Position numbers and translations under genes: made by a program. A stretch of 64,000 nucleotides of DNA from Lytechinus pictus (lineage: Eukaryota). Of this stretch, positions 52,281 through 64,000 are shown piece after piece. Under the pieces are notes generated by a model. It had not been told where the DNA came from. It saw only the letters and a list, made by a program, of their open reading frames with translations, and made no database searches. Location of the stretch: NCBI RefSeq assembly GCF_037042905.1, contig NC_087252.1, positions 5,024,001 to 5,088,000 on the forward strand. Direction: 5' to 3'. Position 1 is the first letter of the stretch; each line of letters starts with the position of its first letter.

Positions 52281-53763
52281 TCCCACAGGGATGTTGTTTT
52301 TCAACTGTCTTGTTTTGTCATATTGGTATTGCCAAAAAGAACCGATTTGCATATAATCTGTTTTCAATCAGTACAAAGGATTCAGTTATCCATTGTGATG
52401 TGCTCTTTCATTCTTTTTTTTTTACTGCCGAAAAAGGGTTGATTATCATATGGATAAAGTTCTGATCAGGACAAATAAAGTTCTACATAAATCTTGCCAA
52501 AAGGGTTGATTTTTATCTTATGCTTAAAGTTCTACTTGGTAGAGAGAAAAAAAAGGTTGATCATTGGACTACCCCCTTTGTCTTAAAACCATTGTATAGT
52601 AATGTAATTAGAACAGAAGTGTGAAAGGTGGAGTATGCCAAGGATTTGTTTTTGTCTTAGTGTTTTTTCGGCATAGCATGAGACATCAGTATCTCAAGAA
52701 CATCCTTTTACATTCTAGTTTATTTCAATCCAGTTTTGCCAAACGGCCTTGATCTTACCGATGCAGAAAGTTTAATAAACCTTGCCAATCTAGGTACTAA
52801 CTGATTACATTTGACAACAGTACAGATTTAGTTGGTAGCGAGGATCATTAAAAGTTTATCAATATGGGCAGAGATCAGTACCGGCTGCACAGGAACCCTG
52901 TTAGCACTAACGGTAGGCCCATTCACATCTTTTAAATTGTCCTGTCAAACGTTGATTCAAGATGTAAGTAACACATTGTGAATAAAGGCATTGCTGTGAC
53001 ATCACATGGGTCCGTTTCATAAAGGACTTACAACTGTTGTAACTTTGCCATAATGGCAACTACCATGGCAACAGGGCTCAGCAGCCAATCATAATCAAGG
53101 TATCATGGTAGTTGCCATAATGGCAAAGTTACGACAGTTGTAACTATGAAACGGGCCCCTGGTTGTAACAGGGTCTCTCTCGGCGTATTGTTAAGTCTTA
53201 CAACATTTCTGTGCGCCCAGTCTAGAATGTTACCTAATGACAGGACTACCCACTTGAGTGTGAAAGGAAGTTCGCCTTTGAGTCTTCCTGAATTGCCTTG
53301 AAATGTACTATAGAATTTATTAATGTGTTCATATATATGCAACCTTGTGTATTGTATTCTATGTCAACATTCCTATACATGTAACTGACTATTTTGTGAA
53401 AGCTTCTTGTACTTTATACAGAACCAAAGACATGTATGTACTAGACCAAATTATAGCCCAGTCTGTGTCATCTGTATTCCAACATTATCATAGGATGACT
53501 TATAAATGGTTAACCTGTTGAGTACTGAATTTTAGGATTTCTATTGCATTGTCCTGGGACCATCCGGTTCCATTAGGCAATGGGTTAAAGTCACAAGAAT
53601 ACAGACAAAAATCTCTGTAGCTGAGGATCAAAGTCTCAAGAAAAAGAAGGAAAAAAATCTTTGTCTTGTTGGGTATTAGCCAACTTGTCACTTTTTTAAA
53701 GAACATATTTTTGATGTTATATTAGTTCAAATGACTGAATGATGAAAAAATGTCTATCATTAA

Positions 53764-54310
53764 CCTTTTGAACCCTGAATTATTAGGGGCGGCGGTGATC
53801 CATACCCTGAATTATTTGCACGTATCGACCACATTCACAAACTCCCATGATGCGAGAACCAACAGCATCTTCTCCCCGCTAGTACCCGGACCGAGCCGGC
53901 TGAAGTTGTTTACCTTCTCGTAGACCTAGTCTACAAACAGAAATATCAACTTTAGTGTCTGTTTTGGGCTCAAAATCACTGTTTTTACAGTCAGATATAT
54001 CAATTGCTTCCCCATAGTAAGCATGTGACTTGCCGCGTATTACACCGTGTATTACCGCACATACGACACGAGCAACCGCAGAAAAGTGGCATATTTTTGC
54101 CATTTTTTATGCTAAATCCTTCCGAAATCATTGCCAATCTTGACTGAAATTATCGACTAAATATTCCTACACGTATTAGAAAGATGACGTCATTTTTAAA
54201 AGATCACCTGACATTTAGAATCCATGTTTTTGAAGTCACATGGCTGTAGGCCGATCGGGTATTTGCGCGCTCACTGGTAGGCCGAATACCGGCCTATCAG
54301 GTTCAAAGGG
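53764..54310. mobile_element. piggyBac-like MITE
   Basis: ttaa|CCTTTTGAACC...GGTTCAAAGGG|ttaa. Confidence 0.72.
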
Positions 54311-57300
54311 TTAAGGGGCCATCAGTTTAGACATGTTTTTTTTAAAAAGTCTATACCAATTGGTTAACTTGAAAATGGATTTCGACGTAAGATGAGTTAT
54401 CTCTCTTATTGTAACCTAGTTGGCTTTGCGTACAGCACTTACAAATGTAGGTCCTTGTACACATGTACAAGTACACGCCTGCATAGTACATAATTATTAT
54501 GTATTTTTACACTATTGTTTATTTTCCCTTCGTCTTTCTTTCCACCCCTTTCCCCCTTACAGAAATGTAAGCATGCTATAATGTAGTAACTAGCTTAATA
54601 GGAACCAGCTGGTGGCTAGTTTATCTCTTTGGGGCATGATTCATTTTCCAAAGACCCTAGCCATTGCTATGTCAGGAAAAGGGCATAATGGGTTCACGAG
54701 TGATCGCAAGCTTATGAACAGTGAATGCTCACAAACAGATCACTCAAAATGTCTGCATGTCTGTTACAAACTTCATAGATTAGCCATAAGGGCACTGTTA
54801 CAGAAAAGTTGCTATTATAGAAAGTTTGCTTTTCAATGGTAACTACCACGGTGACGATACTCAACCAATCAGAATCAAGGATTTTATTTTCAGGTAAGAT
54901 ACCATTGGATGGCAAAGTTACCTTGTGAGTAAATTTTATGCAATGGGTCCCTGCTGGTTGGCTCATAGCATGCTTTCAATTTCTGTTCTGTCCTCCCCCT
55001 TATACATGTTTTTATTCTTTCCCTTTCATTTTCATTATCTAGATGATATTCTAAGTGGAGTGTTGCTGCTTCAGTATTCTTTCGTATCTGTATATGCATA
55101 AGAATGTATAGCTATCTTGTGTCCTTCCTCTATGTATTGTATGAGTAAAACGTATTAGCATACAGATATATATATGAGTTGACTTATGCAGTGTATTCAG
55201 AGGTTTCCATGATTTTGTTCTTGTATAGAAGTGGAAAATTTGGCAAAGTTTGGCTGCCAAAAGTAGCAAAAACGATATGACGGCAAAGATGTTTGCTTGC
55301 TGGTATTCACTATTACAGTAGAACTGTAATATATTGCTGATTAGGTATTTTGTTAGCTTTGAAGTCTGTGATGGCGATATTGCTCCCTGCAGTTACTAAT
55401 TTTCAGATGATCAGGTTATGTTCACAGATCACTTTTTGAGCTTAGGCTGACTGATGCAGAGATAGGTGAATGAAGTATGCCAGATGTTTTTGCCATGCAA
55501 AAATCATCGGCTATTTTCATATTGCTGTTCTTTGGCATTATTGTACCTTCAAAATAGATTACATATGATGTATACATGTATGCTTTTACATCCTGCAAAA
55601 CAGTAATTTTATCTCTGATCTTGTGAACCTGTTTAAATATGTGTGCATAAATAAATAAATAATAAAATACATAGGTGAGGCTAAATTGCCATTTCACCCC
55701 ACCTAATGTACGTGGGGGGGGGGGGGGGGAAGCTTAGCCAACTTATTTTTTTACACCTAGGGCCAAAGGAGCCAGAACTGTCAATCAGAGATATGCACTC
55801 ATAAATGACTACAAGATTACAAAATTATGTTTGAGATAAGCAAGCATTACCTTAGCAATGGTTGGTCAGAAAATTTGGCATGTGTGAAAAGGAAAAAATT
55901 TAATATGGAATTAAGGATAGGACAGGGTTAAGAAAATCCAGTGTAAAAAGTGTTAAGGAGACGTACGTTATGAATAATGTGCTATCATGAGAGTTTCTGT
56001 TTTCCTCTTAACATGGTAATGCATGTATATACCATCATCTGATGAATTTACATGATTAGAATATATATCTCATTTTCATTCTTTTTGTTTCATTAAATAG
56101 GATGTTTGGAAATGGTGTTTGATGCTTAGGCCAGATTTAATGAGCTAGAACTGTTTGAGATTTATGTCACAATTGGCTATCCATAGTTAAATCACAACAA
56201 TAAGTGACACACGTAATTATACAGGTATATGTATAAAATGAAATGTACATTTGATCTATTGTTAGCTTCATCCATTTTCCCCTAATTATGTCCCAAGAAT
56301 TGCAAATGAATTATATTTATAATTAATGAATTTTACTTATTGTATACCAGTATATCCAGCATTTTAAAAGAAAATAGAAGAAGAAAAAGTAAAAGAAAAA
56401 ACAGAAAAAGGAAGTTATTATTAATGAGATGCATTTATTCATCTCATTAATTCATCATCTATAAAAGATGAGATTTGGAAAAAAAGTGAGGGGGGGGGTT
56501 ACCTTTTATTGTGTATAGTTTTATTGTTGTTAGTATCCTTTTAGTAAGAAAAGTTAAATCTTCATGCTCTATATATTTTTTTTTATCTTGCCAGCATTTA
56601 TCCATATTTTGTATCCTTTTTCGTGTAGATTCATGAGTTAAAGGATGTTTACTCTAAAATAATGTACTTTTCATGTATTTTCATCACTTGAGTTTTTTTT
56701 CATCCGATTCATCCTGTATGTGCCAAGTAAATTTTTGCTTCAATGAACTTGTTTTGTACTTTGAATAAAAAATGAAGATCTTTTACAGAATTCTTATTTA
56801 ATGTCATTTACTTTTGTGCTGTATTTATATCCTAAGATTGTTTTGTTTGTTTCAAAATTATTATTCTTATGGAAGCTTAAAACTTCCACCAAGATGTTCA
56901 TATAATCATCTAGTTATATCTACATCCCTTACAAAAATGACCAGATGAACATCTGTGTGGCATTTTTAAGTTTCCATAGTTTCTATTGACAATTTTGATC
57001 CTGTTAAAATTTAGCAAAAAGCTGGCTTAAATTCTATCTTTAAAAAAAGGGAAGGAGGGATAAGTATGAGGAGTAGGACAAGAATGGAAGGATGAGAAAT
57101 GTAAAGAGATGGAAGAGAAGGGGAAGGAGGAGAAAGAAGATTGAAGAGGGGGAGAAAAAGGAGAGGAAGAAAAGGACGAGGGGAAATAGGAAGAAAAAGA
57201 TAACTAAATAGATGAAGGAAAGGTAGAGAATGGTTGAAGAGGTTTTAAAGAGAAGGAAGTAAAGAAGGAGGAGAATAGGGAGAGAGAAAGAGGACACAAG

Positions 57301-57791
57301 AAAAGATGATAGATACCGAGTCAATAGAATAGACTTCAAGAGGAAGTTCACAAAATATTGAAGGTTTGTCGAAAATCTGTTAGTTATTACGAAAGTTTTA
57401 TAATTTTTATTTTTTCTTTATTTGTGACGTCATATAAGAGCAGCTGGCCCATTGAGTTAAACAATGCAAACATTTTTAACTTTTTAATGGTGCACGATAA
57501 AAAAAATCTTTCAGGAAGTGAGTGTAAAATAATTTTTTGATACAGAAGGTACAATATAACCCATTTTCATTTTTCTGAGAAAATGACATTTCACTGATTT
57601 GCGATGCATGGGAAGCTGTTTCAATATGTCACTAATGAAAAAAATTAAATTGTAATAACTCTTTGAATCTATGATGGATTTTCCTCAAACCCTGGTTGCT
57701 AGCTTACAAGCATTCATGCTTTCTTAGCAATCAGGTAAAAAATCACCACCATATTTAGCTATTACCATTCTCACATTCCTCTGATGCAGTC

Positions 57792-60700
57792 TGTGGCTGC
57801 CGCCCTTTATCTGGGTCAAAGGGCGGCAGCCACAATAAAATACAATTGCTGTAGACATTTACGCTTCGTACGGCATGAGTGAGCGAGAAACATCGGTGAG
57901 GATGACGTCGCTGAAAGAAGCAACCAGTGATGAGGACCTGCAGAGCGAAGTAAGTGGTAGCAGTAGCAGAATGAGCAGGATATCAAGTAGATCAGCAAAA
58001 AGTGAACTTTCTGCCCGTAGAGCCTCACTGGAAGCTAAAAAGGAAAATGAAAGTAAAATGCTAATGTTGCTAAAAGAGGACAAAGAAGCTAAACAAGCCT
58101 TTCATCAAAATAGGAAGGCTGTTCTTGTCCCGGTTCTTGTACAAAAAATGAAGACTCTCTTGAGCTTGAAGAAAAAGATATGGAAAATGTCTATCTTAGT
58201 GAGCAGAAAGTGATTGCTGCTCAAAAGTCTATAGTAGCTGCAGACATAGAAATCTCAGAACTGGCTAAGTTGGAAGAATGCTGCGAAGATGATAGTGAAA
58301 CTGATGATGAGGTTTCTATTAAAGGACTGACGCGGGAGAAAAAAAGTGAAAGTATGGAGCGATTCTTTGACTCACAAGAGGAAGTCGCAGTGAAAAATGT
58401 CAAACCTGAGCCTCTTGTGGTCAATACTCCACCAGCTAGTAGCCCAGCAGTGCAAGCAGGACGGGATACAGCCGCATCGACACTGGAAGATTGCCTGCAA
58501 CAGCTGACTCGTTTTGTAGCAGGACAAAACGCAGCCAGTAACCAACTAGCCGCATTCAGTCAACTCCCTAAAATCGACGTACCAATCTTCTCTGGTGATC
58601 CTCTGCAGTACACGCTGTGGAAAATGCCTTTTACTGTACCATGGATTCAAAGCCAATTGGTGAGCAATACAAATCGAATTATTTGAATGCATATGTCAGT
58701 GGCAGGGCTAAGGAGATAGTAGAGCATCATCTTTTGATAGGAGGGAGTGATGCATACCAAGAGGCTTTGAAGCAGCTAGAGGACAGATTTGGTGATCCAA
58801 ATACAATAAGCATCTCGTACACTAAGAAACTGACTTCATGGCCGAAGATCTCAAGCCGTGATGCCAGTGGACTGAGGGACTTTGCAGATTTTCTTCAGAA
58901 AGTTGTGGCAGCCAAGAGAAGAGTCTGCAACTTGGGAATTCTGGATTACCCTCAAGAAAATGTAAAGCTAGTGGAGAAGTTACCAGGCTATTTGGAGGGA
59001 AAGTGGCGTGATGAAATCGATAGATGGCGTTCTCATAAAGGCCCACAAAGCTTCCCTTCGTTCACAGAATTTGCCAAGTTTAATTGTTATGAAAGCTGCA
59101 AACAAGGCAAATATCCCTGAGATGGAGCCATTATCTAAGGAGACAAAGCCGAGCTTCCAAACGAATCAAAGGAGTGTGAATGCAAGGACCTTTGTTACAA
59201 ACGGACAAGATAATGAACCAAGCAAGCAGTCCAAGGTATCGTCTAAGCGTAGGCATGGCCTCTTCTCAATGTGCCCTTTTTGCGAGAGAGATCATCATAT
59301 TGAAGATTGTAATCATTTCGCAAAAAACTCTATCCAGGTGAGAAAGGCTTTCTTCAGGAAGAAGATGATATGCCTTGGGTGTGGAGGAACAGACGATAAC
59401 TTTGTCAAAAATTGTCAGCAGAGAAAGTCATGCAAACTATGTGAAAAAATGCATCTCACATGCCTCCACTACGACCAAACCCAACCAGAAAAAGCTGAAC
59501 TGCAGGAAGGAACATCGAATTGCACATCTGTATGTCTGATGCCTGAGCAGGATGGTAAGGATCACAGCATGATCGTTCCAGTTTGGGTAAGGCATGTGGA
59601 TCGACCATCAGAGGAGATATTAGAATATGCCATTCCTGATGACCAGTCGAACGTGAGTTTTGTCTCCAAACGCCTCTGCAAGAAGCTAGATGTTAAAGGA
59701 GAGAAAACAAATCTTCTCCTTACAACAATGCACGAGACAGTGAAGATAGAAAGTGAAAGGATTAAAGGTCTTGAGGTACTGGACTTCAACAAGGAGAATG
59801 TCATCCAGCTGCCAATTACTTTGTCCAGGGATTCGTTACCCGCATCCCGCTCCCAGATCCCTAAGCCAGACGTAGTCAAGCAGTGGCACCATCTGAACAG
59901 TGCAGCAAGTAAAATGATGCCAAACAGGAAAGATGTAGAAGTATCGTTACTTATTGGTAATGATTGTACAAGAGCAGACGTTAGACCACGTGAAATCATA
60001 AGTGAAAATGAAGATGACCCATATGCCCAGAGATCATTGCTTGGATGGGGAGTAGTTGGGAAAGTGTGTAAAACTCCTGGAGAACTCAAGTCTGCAACTT
60101 GTAACAAAACCTCAGTCAACTCTTACCCCAACTTCGATTTCCAGACAAATATTGAGGAAATTATCTGCCCTGAGAAGATTATCCAAGCATTTGAAGCCGA
60201 CTTCAAAGAGGAGAAGGAAGGTCGTCCACCATCAGTACAAGATATGAGGTTTCCTGATATCTTGGAGAAGGGAATAACAAAGAGTCAAGACAGGAATTAT
60301 GAAATGCCTCTACCCTTCAAGTCAGATCATGCCCAAGTGCCTAATAATCGTCATCTTGCTGTAAAGAGCTCGAATCAGCTGAATACTCCCCATTCTTCTC
60401 ACATGGGGGGAGCATGGGAAAGGCAGATTGCAAATGTTCGTCGTGCTCTAGAGCCCCTGCTACTCAGCTCAGGAAACCATCTCGAAGATGAGTCTTTCAG
60501 AACATTCTTAATAGAGGTTGAATCAATAGTCAACTCTAGACCTCTTTCGACGACAAACCTTTGTTCTCCAGATGCTCCTGAGCCTCTAACACCAAACCAT
60601 CTGTTGACTATGAAACCTAAAATTGTGCTACCACCTCCTGGAAAATTCCAAACGACAGATTCCTATTGTCGCAAATGGTGGAGACGAGTTCAGCATCTCT

Positions 60701-62534
60701 CCAATGAATTCTGGCTGAGATGGAGAAAAGAATTCTTGGCTGAACTCCAAACCAGACAGAAGTGGGTCAAACCAAAGCGAAGCGTCAGGGCAGGAGATGT
60801 GGTCATTGTCAAAGAAGAAGGTGAATTTCGAGGTAATTGGCCTCTTGGTCGAGTAGAGAAAGTCCTTCCTAGCAAAGATGGTCACATACGCAAAGTCCAA
60901 CTGATGATTGCAAACAAGTGTTTAGACAAAGATGGACGAAGGAAAGGTCAGCCAACTATCCTTGACAGACCGATACATAAGCTGGTGGTCCTAATTCCTG
61001 CTGAAGAAACATCACAAAAAATGATGCAATCGGAAGACCAGAGGATTCCCAATCAGGGTTTTAAATTACTCGATTTCCTTCAAAAACATTTTTGTTTTCC
61101 GATTTGTAGCCAGGAAGAAAATAAGAAGTGATGTCTTACTGTAAATGTTTAATTTCTCTTTCTCTGAATCTGTCAAACTCTTTCCCTAGTGTCCTCATTC
61201 TCTCTTCTTCTTCATCTTCTCCCTCGACTTTCTCTCTCTTCTCTCTCTCCCTCTCTCTCGATCTCTTCTCTTTCGAAGTTTCATCATATTTTCTCGCATT
61301 CATTATGTATAGAGTAATTTTTGGAATGTATAAATTGCTTGAGGTGTAATTTGTAACAGTAAGATCACTGAGTAATATTGATTTAGATTGAAATCCATTT
61401 CATGGCATTGGTATCGTTAACATGTTTGAAGCTCTATTTATTATGATTTATCTACAGTCAATGTATTTCATGTGCCTGACATATCTATGTACTAAGTAGT
61501 ACAATTGCGACACTTGATTTTAGTAGTATTGTGCTAAAGATGATCACATAATCATTGTTAATCAGGTGATTGAATCATTTGTTTTAGTTTTACAAGATAA
61601 TTACACACTGAAATCAGAATATCATGATTCCTACTTGGGTTGTTTTTACATTGCAGTTTATACTGTAGCGAATATTCAATTATTTGAAATATTAATATCC
61701 TTAATCAATTTCTTTTGTAGTAATTTCATGATTTTATGTAACTGATAACAGGATCAGTTAAAGGAGCCATGTCACTGCAGCAGTGTGCAGTGAGTTCTAT
61801 GCAATTTTAATGCTGTATATATTTTGATATTATGTTGTTTAAATTCATATTCCACTTGGTTTCTCATTTCGCACTCTAGCATTTTCTTAATCTCTTTCTA
61901 CATGAAATCCCATAGGGCAGGTATGTGTTACAGTATAGGTACAGAAACTACAGAAAGAAACTAAAGTATAATCATATTATAAATCTATATGTTCGTATAT
62001 CGTGGTCTCAACTATCAATAGAAAGATATAGAGTAAAACTTATAAGCAATCTTACCAATTGGAGGCTATAAGACAATACACTTGGTTGCAATCAATACGA
62101 GAAATATCTTGACGGTCAGCTGGAGTTCTCTCTTCTATGTCTTTACTACGAACTGAAGTTTCTTGGCTTTTTGCATCTCTATTTAAAGGTTCTGAACTTC
62201 TGGTCAAGCCAGACTGCTCATTAGACAGTCTAATTAAAAGTTACAAGGAAGCTGGTACTGCCCAGCACTCTACACAGAACAAAACAATGAACTTGACCAT
62301 TCCTATACAAATTATAACAATAAAGGGTGGACGCGATTTTTGTCTATAGAATTAGCTTTCTGTACCTATACTGTAACACATACCTGCCCTATGGGATTTC
62401 ATGTAGAAAGAGATTAAGAAAATGCTAGAGTGCGAAATGAGGAACCTAGTGGAATATGAATTTAAACAACATAATATCAAAATATATACAGCATTAAAAT
62501 TGCATAGAACTAACTGCACACTGCTGCAGTGACA
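57792..62534 (+). mobile_element. BEL/Pao LTR retrotransposon remnant with rearranged (inverted) LTR ends
   Basis: TGT...ACA termini flanked by the direct repeat CAGTC (57787-91 and 62535-39); BEL-type gag, Cys-His knuckles, protease and integrase C-terminus inside; purine tract AAAGGAGCCA before the LTR start TGT at 61770. Confidence 0.85.
57875..61131 (+). pseudogene. BEL/Pao gag-pol pseudogene: frameshifted gag; RT, RNase H and integrase N-half deleted
   Basis: Four overlapping ORFs; LPKIDVPIFSGDPL.Y gag motif; CPFC..H..C and CKLC..H..LH knuckles; degenerate protease YAIPDDQSNVSFV; PLPFK...PNNR joined directly to integrase SHMGGAWER, VNSRPL, PLTPNHLL, FW.RW.KE, WPLGRV. Confidence 0.88.
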
Positions 62535-64000
62535 CAGTCACAGTCCCTATAGGGATAAACTACACACATAATACTGCACAATACTGTTTCTATTGGGATA
62601 AACTTATCACAGTATAATGAAACAAGCAACAAATATGTCAAACAAGAGTTAGAGAAAGTTTGAATAAATTTAATGGTGACCGAAAGTAGACATAGATTTT
62701 AATCTAAATACATGGACATACTAACCCAAGAAGAAAAGAAAACTAAAATTGAATCATTACATAAAAAAGTGGAATAAATTCTTCAATAAACGTGACTTAC
62801 ACTAAGCAGCCTTGTACCATAGAACAATAAATTATTAGACACTGCAAGCACATAAACATGCGTTTCATACAATAATGTGCACTTAATAACACAAGATATT
62901 CATAAAATATAAATATGATACACATTTCCAAACTAAAAACCTGTGAAACAATTATATGATATAAATCTAATCACTTCTTCCCCAAATCTTTAAACTATTT
63001 TCTTCTTGGTAATAGGTAATTCAAGTCATACTCTTTGAATAAATCAAAATACCCTCATACCAAGGCAATGACATGATTGTTTCTAATTTTATGAATTGTT
63101 TCTGGACTTACTTTTTGGCTTGAAAGCTTGAAAACAGATGTAAGCTTTGGACCTTGTGTGCTTGAAACAAAGAACATGTATCCATATTGCATGTGATCAA
63201 ATATCAATTCATGTAATCTGTTTCAGTGGAAAGGAGATACACATGATTTCATGAAATATTTCTTGAATTGAATTTATTTTCACATTTTTTTAAAGTGTAC
63301 TTACTAAGATTTTTTTTAGCATTGTCATCAGACTTATGATTCTTTATCTGGTTACTGGTGATTGTACACTAAATATAAATAAACCCACCTACATGAACAC
63401 TTACATCACTGAATATTTTAAATATCCTAATCCTAAATCACATAAATCCATGTGTATTAAATAAGAACAGCAGTTACTATTTCAGTTTTAAGAAATAGAA
63501 AACAAACTTGCATTTACACAATGTATCTGCTATGATAAGCCACATGCATACATCCATATGTATTTTGAATCAAAGCAAAAGCTTTATTTCAGTAATTACC
63601 AAAATAAGCCATTAAGCTAACTTTACATTTAGGTATGTACTTTTATGCAATGTAGATGCTATTAAATCTCACATGCATAAATCCATATGTATTTGAATCA
63701 AAGCAAAAGCTTTAATTCCAGTTTTACCAAAAGAGTCCCTCATAGTAAACCTTACATTAAGGTATGTACTGTATTTGCTAAATGATGAATATATTCCAAA
63801 GTTTATGTATAAGAATAATAGTTTTTCAGTAAACTATTTCAGTAAATTTCTTGTCAGGATGGTTGCATACTGATTTATACAGTATCAACTACATGACACT
63901 TGCAGCCATTATACATCTACCTAACAACCCATTCTCATCTACTTTCTTGATCTGGTTACCCTTACACTACTTCACAAAACTAGGAGATTACTTCGCTAGT

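Noticed and set aside
57040..57351. Hydrophobic 103-aa minus-strand ORF (membrane-protein-like)
   Set aside because: Artefact of the pyrimidine-rich low-complexity strand.

Overview
AT-rich, intron-rich animal genomic DNA. The repeat landscape suggests an invertebrate deuterostome such as a sea urchin (inference only). Two Ig-superfamily adhesion genes lie head-to-head around a short CpG-richer interval at about 16.4-17.3 kb. On the + strand is a complete nephrin/Sns/SYG-2-type gene: 22 coding exons from 21088 to 52280, about 1272 aa, with signal peptide, 9 Ig, FN3, TM, a Tyr-rich tail containing YDNV, and C-terminal GYLV. On the - strand is the 5' part of a KIRREL/NEPH/SYG-1-type gene (signal exon 16277-16355, Ig1, Ig2), which runs off the left edge. 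A nephrin intron holds a young Gypsy/Mag-like LTR element (162-bp LTRs with 1 mismatch, GACAT TSD). Its single open ORF fuses Gag directly to the RT-connection, RNase H and integrase, with no protease or RT core. Downstream is a decayed BEL/Pao element with an intact CAGTC TSD and an 'inside-out' arrangement of LTR ends. The rest is many MITE families, Helentron-associated (HINE/Tsp-like) elements with 162-163-bp tandem arrays, tRNA-derived SINEs and simple repeats. All exon boundaries were read by eye from GT-AG sites and phase continuity; no database searches were run.
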